In this document: positions 58,315 through 64,000 of the stretch, piece by piece | Numbering within the stretch: the stretch's first letter is position 1 | Layout of the letters: every line of letters begins with the position of its first letter | Source: Candidatus Obscuribacteraceae bacterium | GTDB taxonomy: Bacteria; Cyanobacteriota; Vampirovibrionia; Obscuribacterales; Obscuribacteraceae | Direction: 5' to 3' | NCBI GenBank assembly: GCA_044229845.1 | Contig: JBGASG010000003.1 | Coordinates: 64,001 to 128,000, forward strand | DNA length: 64,000 nucleotides | Notes under the pieces: model-generated | What the model saw: only the letters and a program-made list of their open reading frames with translations | What the model was told of the DNA's origin: nothing | Database searches by the model: none | Program-made: the position numbers and the translations under genes

Positions 58315-60534
58315 CTAGTTGGGCTGTTGCTCGAGTTCCGGCGCGCCGGGAACGGCAATGCCCATCTTAACCATGGATACTTTTATAGATTGCCAGTCTC
58401 CGCCATTGGAATTGGCGAACAGCTGGTTAAGCGCGTCATTGGTGATTGGACCACCGAGTTGCTTGGAGATGTCTTGAACGACTGTAGCGATCTGGGCTTG
58501 ACCCAGTTGGGCGTTAACCAGTCCTTGAGCTGCTTCCACTTCGGCGATTGCCGAGAAGGCTCCAGCCGCAATCAAAGCACTCTTGATGGCCGACAGTTCC
58601 GAGTAAGCGCCGAGCAGTTCGCTGACGTGACCGAGACTGATTTCCGCCGGCGCCAAGCCGCCCACGCGTCCGGCAATACCGGTGGCGCTGGCCGCCACTG
58701 CGCTTGCATGCGCCGCGACCGGCAGATCATCGCCGTCGGTGCCGGTGGCGAGCTTGAACAAGCCGCTATCGAGTTTGTCGCCGTTCAGGCCAAAGAGGTC
58801 GCCGGTCAATCCGTCAATCTTGAAGCCATCGGCGAAGTCAACGACCATGTCCCGGATATTTATCACCGTATCGTTGATGAACTTGGTGAAGTCGTTGAAG
58901 AAGGTTGTACCGTTCGAAGTTGTTTCGCTGTTGTTCTGAGTATCGATGGTGAACGGCTGTGACTCACCAGAACGCGGATCCATGTGATACACGTACGGAT
59001 TTGAGTCATCCGACTCGAATTGCGGCGTGTCCATCGATCCCGGTTTGCCGATGACGACCTTGGCGGTGTTGCTGTCGACATCGCTTTGCCCGGTTATGGC
59101 TACGCTGGGAGCCAGGTCGGGCAATGTGATCGGCTTGCCGTTCGGATCCAGCTTGCATGCGCCCGGCTGTTCGGGATCGTCGTCGGTTTGATCTTGCTCG
59201 CCGCAAGCACCGGTTTGCACCGAGCTCTTGCCGTCTTCGGTGGCGGTAACAGTGGTGAACGTGCCGCGACCTTGTGAGTTTTTCACAGTGGTCTGGTTGG
59301 AATCGGCGGCGATCACTACGCCTTCCTTGGTAGAGACGACGCCGTTGGGATTGACTGTCGCGCCGGCCATTTGCAGAGTGCCATCAGGCTTGACGGTGAC
59401 ACCGTTCGACGCATCAGCGGCGATGGCATTATTGTCTTTATCGAAGACTTGATAGCTGCCGTCCGGTCTGATCAAGACGCGCTCACCGGTCTTCAGGTGA
59501 ATTTCTTTGCGTCCATCAGCGTGGGCGAAAATTTCGGTTTGATCTTGTGTGGTGACTTTGATGACGCCGTGATCGCGTACATCAATGTCCCCGGCCGGTG
59601 GTTGATCGGCAGCGGCGGTTGGCTTGTTGGCTGGCTGCTCCTCGCCGTCTCCCGGCTTGTCGTCGCCCGGTTTGTCATCACCGTCACGGTGGCGGCGATG
59701 GCGGTGCTGGTGGATGGCGATGCCGCGATCCAGTCGGTTCAGAACTTCTTTGTCAGTGATCTCTTGTTTGCGACCATCATGCCACTCTATCTCAATCTTC
59801 TGAATATGGCCTTCTGCGTCTTTGACGATCCTGGCTTTGTCACCATCTGCAGTGGTGAACATATCGTCGCCTTTGGCGTTCTTTTCAAAATGCCACTGGT
59901 GACCGGGCAGTCCACCGACTTCCCACTGGTGTCCGCCTTTTCCATCGTTGGCGTAACCCTTGGTGCCGTTGTGCGACTCCATCCATCCAGGTCCGGATGT
60001 GAACACAGTGCCATCGGCGTCGGTGTGAGTAACCACGCCGTCTTTTACGGTTGCAGAGCTGCCGTCTTTACCGGCATAAACACGTTCTACAGCATTGAGA
60101 TTAGTGGCAGTTTGCTGGTCGCCCTGGTCGGTTGGAGCCATGTTGTACAGGGCACGAATCTCGTTTTCGCTCTTGTCCGGCAGAAGTGAAACTGCTTCAG
60201 CGAAGCCAAAATGCGAAATTGCATCGACTGCAGCCATGGTGTTTTTCACCCAGCCGGTGGCAGTCGACCACAAACTTTCGCTCGCCAGTCCATGTTGGGC
60301 TGCATCTTTGTCGGTCGTGCTGAAGTAAGCCGCCGCTGCCTCAACTGCCCACGTCGAAGCATTACCAATAGACTTAACCCAGGAATCTTCTTCCGCTGTG
60401 TTGTCCGGATGACCAGCATCCTCTTTCGGATCCTTCGCAGCCGGATCGTCCTTATGCTGACCGTCGGCGCCATCCTGGTTGTTGGCGGCGTCGTCTTGCT
60501 TATCAGGTTTAGTGGTCGGCGCGTCAGTGACCAT
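58315..60534 (-). CDS. Large acidic hypothetical protein with beta-hairpin repeats and Ala/Gly-rich helical C-terminus
   Basis: 739-aa ORF, DG-turn repeats, no signal peptide. Confidence 0.75.
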   Translation of the reverse strand: MVTDAPTTKPDKQDDAANNQDGADGQHKDDPAAKDPKEDAGHPDNTAEEDSWVKSIGNASTWAVEAAAAYFSTTDKDAAQHGLASESLWSTATGWVKNTMAAVDAISHFGFAEAVSLLPDKSENEIRALYNMAPTDQGDQQTATNLNAVERVYAGKDGSSATVKDGVVTHTDADGTVFTSGPGWMESHNGTKGYANDGKGGHQWEVGGLPGHQWHFEKNAKGDDMFTTADGDKARIVKDAEGHIQKIEIEWHDGRKQEITDKEVLNRLDRGIAIHQHRHRRHRDGDDKPGDDKPGDGEEQPANKPTAAADQPPAGDIDVRDHGVIKVTTQDQTEIFAHADGRKEIHLKTGERVLIRPDGSYQVFDKDNNAIAADASNGVTVKPDGTLQMAGATVNPNGVVSTKEGVVIAADSNQTTVKNSQGRGTFTTVTATEDGKSSVQTGACGEQDQTDDDPEQPGACKLDPNGKPITLPDLAPSVAITGQSDVDSNTAKVVIGKPGSMDTPQFESDDSNPYVYHMDPRSGESQPFTIDTQNNSETTSNGTTFFNDFTKFINDTVINIRDMVVDFADGFKIDGLTGDLFGLNGDKLDSGLFKLATGTDGDDLPVAAHASAVAASATGIAGRVGGLAPAEISLGHVSELLGAYSELSAIKSALIAAGAFSAIAEVEAAQGLVNAQLGQAQIATVVQDISKQLGGPITNDALNQLFANSNGGDWQSIKVSMVKMGIAVPGAPELEQQPN

Positions 60535-60715
60535 TGGCTAAAACACCCGGGGAGAAACCGGTGTAAACGTGAGGACGGAAAAGCTGGGACACGAACGGAT
60601 AGTAAAGGTTTCCCAATTGTCGACTTTTCCGGTGTTTTGTCAAGTGCCCCATCAACGATCGATATGCCCAAATATCGGCATTTTCGGACGGTTGGCGAAG
60701 CGACCTGAGCCGGTT

Positions 60716-61336
60716 TTAATGATTGCTGTTTTCGAGCCTGGAAAGCACGATTTTGGCGTCCGCCCCACGCCCGCTCTTTTCCAGAGCATTGGCATACTCT
60801 TTTAAAACGGTCTGAGCATCGCTGCTTGACCCATCGCCGTTCTTGTCCATGATCGCCACTGCCTGTTCATAAAATTTTGCCGCATCGGCAAAATTTCCTT
60901 TGTCGGCATTGATTTTGGCCAACATCACCAGTGCAGTGCCGGTCACCGAATTGCCTGCCCCTGCGGTATCCAGAAAAATGCTGACAGCGCGACTGGCCGC
61001 CTTCTCGGCTTCATCGAGTTTCTTCTCGGATTCATAAGCCGCCGCCAGATTTAATAAAGTACCTGCGAGCCGAACGTCGCTTGGTCCGAATTTTTCGGCA
61101 ATGTCGCGAGCCGCTTTCAGGTGCTGCTCTGCTCCAGCGAAGTCACTTTTAGACAGAGCATCGACCCCGGCATGATTCTCTTCCTTCCAGGCCGCGACCT
61201 GCTGAGGATCGTCCACATGAGCGGCACCGGAAGACTCTGTTGAGCCGGTCTGCGGCGGCGGAGACTGACTGCACGCGCCCAGGACACCCAAAACCAACAA
61301 TCCAGCCGACAGCTTGCTGATAGCTTTTCCAACCAC
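60716..61336 (-). CDS. TPR lipoprotein
   Basis: Lipobox LGAC, TPR_12-like repeats. Confidence 0.85.
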   Translation of the reverse strand: MVGKAISKLSAGLLVLGVLGACSQSPPPQTGSTESSGAAHVDDPQQVAAWKEENHAGVDALSKSDFAGAEQHLKAARDIAEKFGPSDVRLAGTLLNLAAAYESEKKLDEAEKAASRAVSIFLDTAGAGNSVTGTALVMLAKINADKGNFADAAKFYEQAVAIMDKNGDGSSSDAQTVLKEYANALEKSGRGADAKIVLSRLENSNH

Positions 61337-61450
61337 TGGTCTTCACCCCGAGGCTCCGCGAGCCCAAATGCCAACTCGGTCACCCGCGTATTATGACGGT
61401 GCAGCGGCAATTTGCGAATTAAGGTTACCCCGATAATCGCCCAGCTAAAG

Positions 61451-61504
61451 CTCAAGTGATATCGCTTCAGCCCTATTGTCCACAGCGAAGCGATATCACC
61501 TGAG
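61451..61504. repeat. 20-bp palindrome cluster (2 copies)
   Basis: Cores at 61456 and 61490 between divergent genes. Confidence 0.88.
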
Positions 61505-61603
61505 CTCCGTTTCGGTGTGACAGGAGCCTAAAATTGGGTTCACAGGGGTCGATGAAAATATGGGCAGGAATTCACCACTTGGGATGGGCTACAATCACTC
61601 CTC

Positions 61604-62875
61604 GTGCCGCGAGTTTCCTCATGCATGCTTAGACCGTCAGGGCTTTCAAATTTCCGCTTGCCAGCGTTGCTAGCGGCAGCGGTTTTGTTTGTGTCAGCCG
61701 CTGCTCAGGTACAGGCGGCACCCGGCACCTGGGAAACTCTCAAAAAGACCGGCGACGAAGCGCTCCAGGTCAACAATTACGGCGTTGCTGAACGCAACCT
61801 TCTCGCTGCAGTCAAAGAAGCTGAAAAGTTTGGCGACGGCGATATTCGCCTGGCAACAAGCTTGAAGGACTTGGCCGCTTACTACAAGATTCGTGGATTG
61901 TTCGCCAAAGCTGAGCCTCTTCTGGAGCGCGAGTTGCGTGTGCGCGAAAAATCGCAGGGCGCCGAACATCCAGATGTGGTAGCGAACGTAGCGCGTATGG
62001 TGCAGTTCTATTTGCAGCAAGGCAAGGTCGAGAAAGCCGAACGACTGAGCACCTTGTTGGTCAACTTCGCCGATCGAAAATTGAAAGAGCAGAAAACGCT
62101 GCGCGACCAGATCAACACCCTCAACAACTACTTCGAGAAACACCCCGGCTACAAAGATTCCAGCAAGATCATGAAACAACTGGAGTCCACGACCGGTAAA
62201 ACAGTGGCCAACCAGGATATGGAGTTTGCCACCAGCCTTGATACCGTCGCTATTTTGTTCAAGGGAAGAAACAAATACACGCTCGCCGAACAGCTCTATA
62301 AACGCGCACTCGAACTGCGTCTGCGCAACCTGCCACCGGGACATCTGGCGCTTGCCTTGAGCTACGACAACCTGGGTAGTCTCTTCGCCGCACAAGGACA
62401 AAATGCTCTCGCCGAACAAAACTTCAAAGCATCGTTGCAGGTAACCGAGCACACTCTTGATCTGACGCGACCAGACGTCTACGGACGGCTCGACAGCCTC
62501 GCTAAAGCCCATCTGAATCTGGGTGAGTTGACTGAAGCTGAAGCACTGTACAAGAAAGTGATTGCGCTGGTGCAGAAAGGTCCGCCGGCGAAAGGAGCCG
62601 TCGCTTGCGAATGCAATTACGCCCTCGGCAACATTTACATGAAGCAAGGCAGATATGCCGAGGCTGCCCCGCTCTTCAAGCGGTCGCTGGAATGCGCCGA
62701 ATACATCAACGGTCCCCAGCATGCTCAGGTAGCCACCATGTGTGATGCCTATGCAGCTGCTCTGCAGAATTCAAACCGATCGTCGGACGCCGCCAAGTTT
62801 CGCGAGCGCGCCCGCAGCATCAGAGGTTTCTCGTCAGAGCAGCAGCAAGTTTCATCGAAAGAGACGGACTTTTGA
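61604..62875 (+). CDS. Exported TPR protein
   Basis: Signal peptide (VQA), multiple G.EHP/AE.LYKRAL repeats; start may be ATG 61625. Confidence 0.88.
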   Translation: MPRVSSCMLRPSGLSNFRLPALLAAAVLFVSAAAQVQAAPGTWETLKKTGDEALQVNNYGVAERNLLAAVKEAEKFGDGDIRLATSLKDLAAYYKIRGLFAKAEPLLERELRVREKSQGAEHPDVVANVARMVQFYLQQGKVEKAERLSTLLVNFADRKLKEQKTLRDQINTLNNYFEKHPGYKDSSKIMKQLESTTGKTVANQDMEFATSLDTVAILFKGRNKYTLAEQLYKRALELRLRNLPPGHLALALSYDNLGSLFAAQGQNALAEQNFKASLQVTEHTLDLTRPDVYGRLDSLAKAHLNLGELTEAEALYKKVIALVQKGPPAKGAVACECNYALGNIYMKQGRYAEAAPLFKRSLECAEYINGPQHAQVATMCDAYAAALQNSNRSSDAAKFRERARSIRGFSSEQQQVSSKETDF

Positions 62876-64000
62876 TGCGTAAGTTGCTGCCGGCGCTCCT
62901 GGCCGGACTCGTACTGGGAACCTCACAAGTTTCAGCCGCGGCGCAGAATGTCGTTTCTGCCGCCGGCGAAGAGCCGCAATTGAAGCCGGTCGAGGACATA
63001 GCCGCCGCCTGGCTCAGGCGCCCCGATTTGCAACAATCTTTGATTGGCCTCGAGATTTTGCACGTGCCGACCAACCGGGTACTTTTTTCAGCCAACGGGC
63101 GTCGCCGTTTCGTGCCGGCATCCACCTGTAAGGTGCTGACGACGGCCTGCGCCTTTGATGTCCTGGGTGGTGACTATCGCTACAAAACGCGCTTGCTGGC
63201 TGCCGGTCCGATCGAAAACGGACACTTGCACGGCTCTTTAATCCTGTCTCCCAGTCAAGATCCGTCCCTCAAGTTTACCGACCTGGTCAATCTATTGGGG
63301 GCGCTGAAAGCAGCCAGGATTCAGCAAGTTGACGGCACCGTCGAGATGACCCCGGTCGCGGGAGGCGGCGACAACTTTGCCACCGAGTGGGTGGTGCAGG
63401 ACTGGGGACAGGACTGGATGCCGCCCTCATCCGATCTGGTCGTCGAAAGCAATGTAGTATCGACCGCTCAAGCCGGCCGCGGGTTGATGCCGGTCGTCAA
63501 TGTGGGCGTCGATGCGGACAGCAGTGCCCTCACCAGCACTCTGATGCGTTCAGCTTGGGCTCCGGCCTGGGCGTCATACGATCGCGGCTCAGGCAAAGTG
63601 CGTCTCTATAAAGGCGTGGTCGGCTCAATAGGTTCGGCAGTCGTTGCCAACCCTGAGCAGTTTCATTTAGCCACCATCCGCAATTTGATTCGCGGCTCAG
63701 GAGTGAAACTCGGCGGTCAACAGATTGCCATCGCTCCGGAAGCATCACACATCGGCGAACACTGGTCCAAACCGCTAAGCGACCTGATTCGCCATACTCT
63801 CAAAGAGAGCGACAATCTCTACTCGCAGCAATTTTTGCGCACTCTGGGCGCGCAAGTTACCGTCAGCGGTAAAGGCGAGTCGTTAACTCTGGAAGAACGC
63901 GGATTGATCCGCCTCAATCAATGGATAGCCGGCCTGGGGGTTCCGCCAGGCGAAGCGGTGCTCTGGGACGGTTGCGGATTGTCTCGCAAGAACGGCATCA
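62875..64000 (+). CDS. dacB: D-Ala-D-Ala carboxypeptidase/endopeptidase (PBP4, peptidase S13), 3'-truncated by the window
   Basis: Translated by hand (absent from ORF track): MRKLLPALL..., PASTCK (SxxK), KESDNLY (SxN), DGCGLSR; TGATG overlap. Confidence 0.9.
   Translation, partial: MRKLLPALLAGLVLGTSQVSAAAQNVVSAAGEEPQLKPVEDIAAAWLRRPDLQQSLIGLEILHVPTNRVLFSANGRRRFVPASTCKVLTTACAFDVLGGDYRYKTRLLAAGPIENGHLHGSLILSPSQDPSLKFTDLVNLLGALKAARIQQVDGTVEMTPVAGGGDNFATEWVVQDWGQDWMPPSSDLVVESNVVSTAQAGRGLMPVVNVGVDADSSALTSTLMRSAWAPAWASYDRGSGKVRLYKGVVGSIGSAVVANPEQFHLATIRNLIRGSGVKLGGQQIAIAPEASHIGEHWSKPLSDLIRHTLKESDNLYSQQFLRTLGAQVTVSGKGESLTLEERGLIRLNQWIAGLGVPPGEAVLWDGCGLSRKNGI

Noticed and set aside
1..64000. tRNA, rRNA, prophage or known defence systems
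   Set aside because: No T-loop/cloverleaf, rRNA signature, phage structural or defence motifs recognised by eye; tRNAscan-SE and DefenseFinder were not run

Overview
Bacterial chromosomal segment with about 55 protein genes and no tRNA, rRNA or CRISPR array detected. The gene repertoire (many TPR proteins, membrane Ser/Thr kinases, orphan receivers, cyanobacterial-type MBL-ferredoxin and NifU-C, large low-complexity hypotheticals) suggests Melainabacteria/Vampirovibrionia (Obscuribacterales-like); this is an inference only. Recognisable genes include an NDP-sugar synthase, class A PBP, potD, an ABC-2 exporter (one permease frameshifted), VIT1, LigC-type ligase, xpt, M24 peptidase, TrmH, PP2C, aceB, degenerate lnt, gap-pgk, a CDF transporter and partial dacB. 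Most notable unexplained structure: (1) three tandem, paralogous ~90-nt putative sRNA genes at 57.08-57.57 kb, each with its own -10 box, 5' hairpin, invariant 18-nt core hairpin and terminator. They share a CAC-N8-CAC promoter motif with the adjacent 1080-aa repeat/papain-like protein gene, which heads a cluster of signal-less proteins and two kinases. (2) A 20-bp palindrome CTGRAGYGATATCRCTYCAG found about 29 times in 13 almost entirely intergenic clusters. (3) An IS1595-derived protein whose DDE core appears replaced by a DprA-type winged helix, flanked by those palindromes. Start codons were adjusted by eye where the ORF track over-extends.
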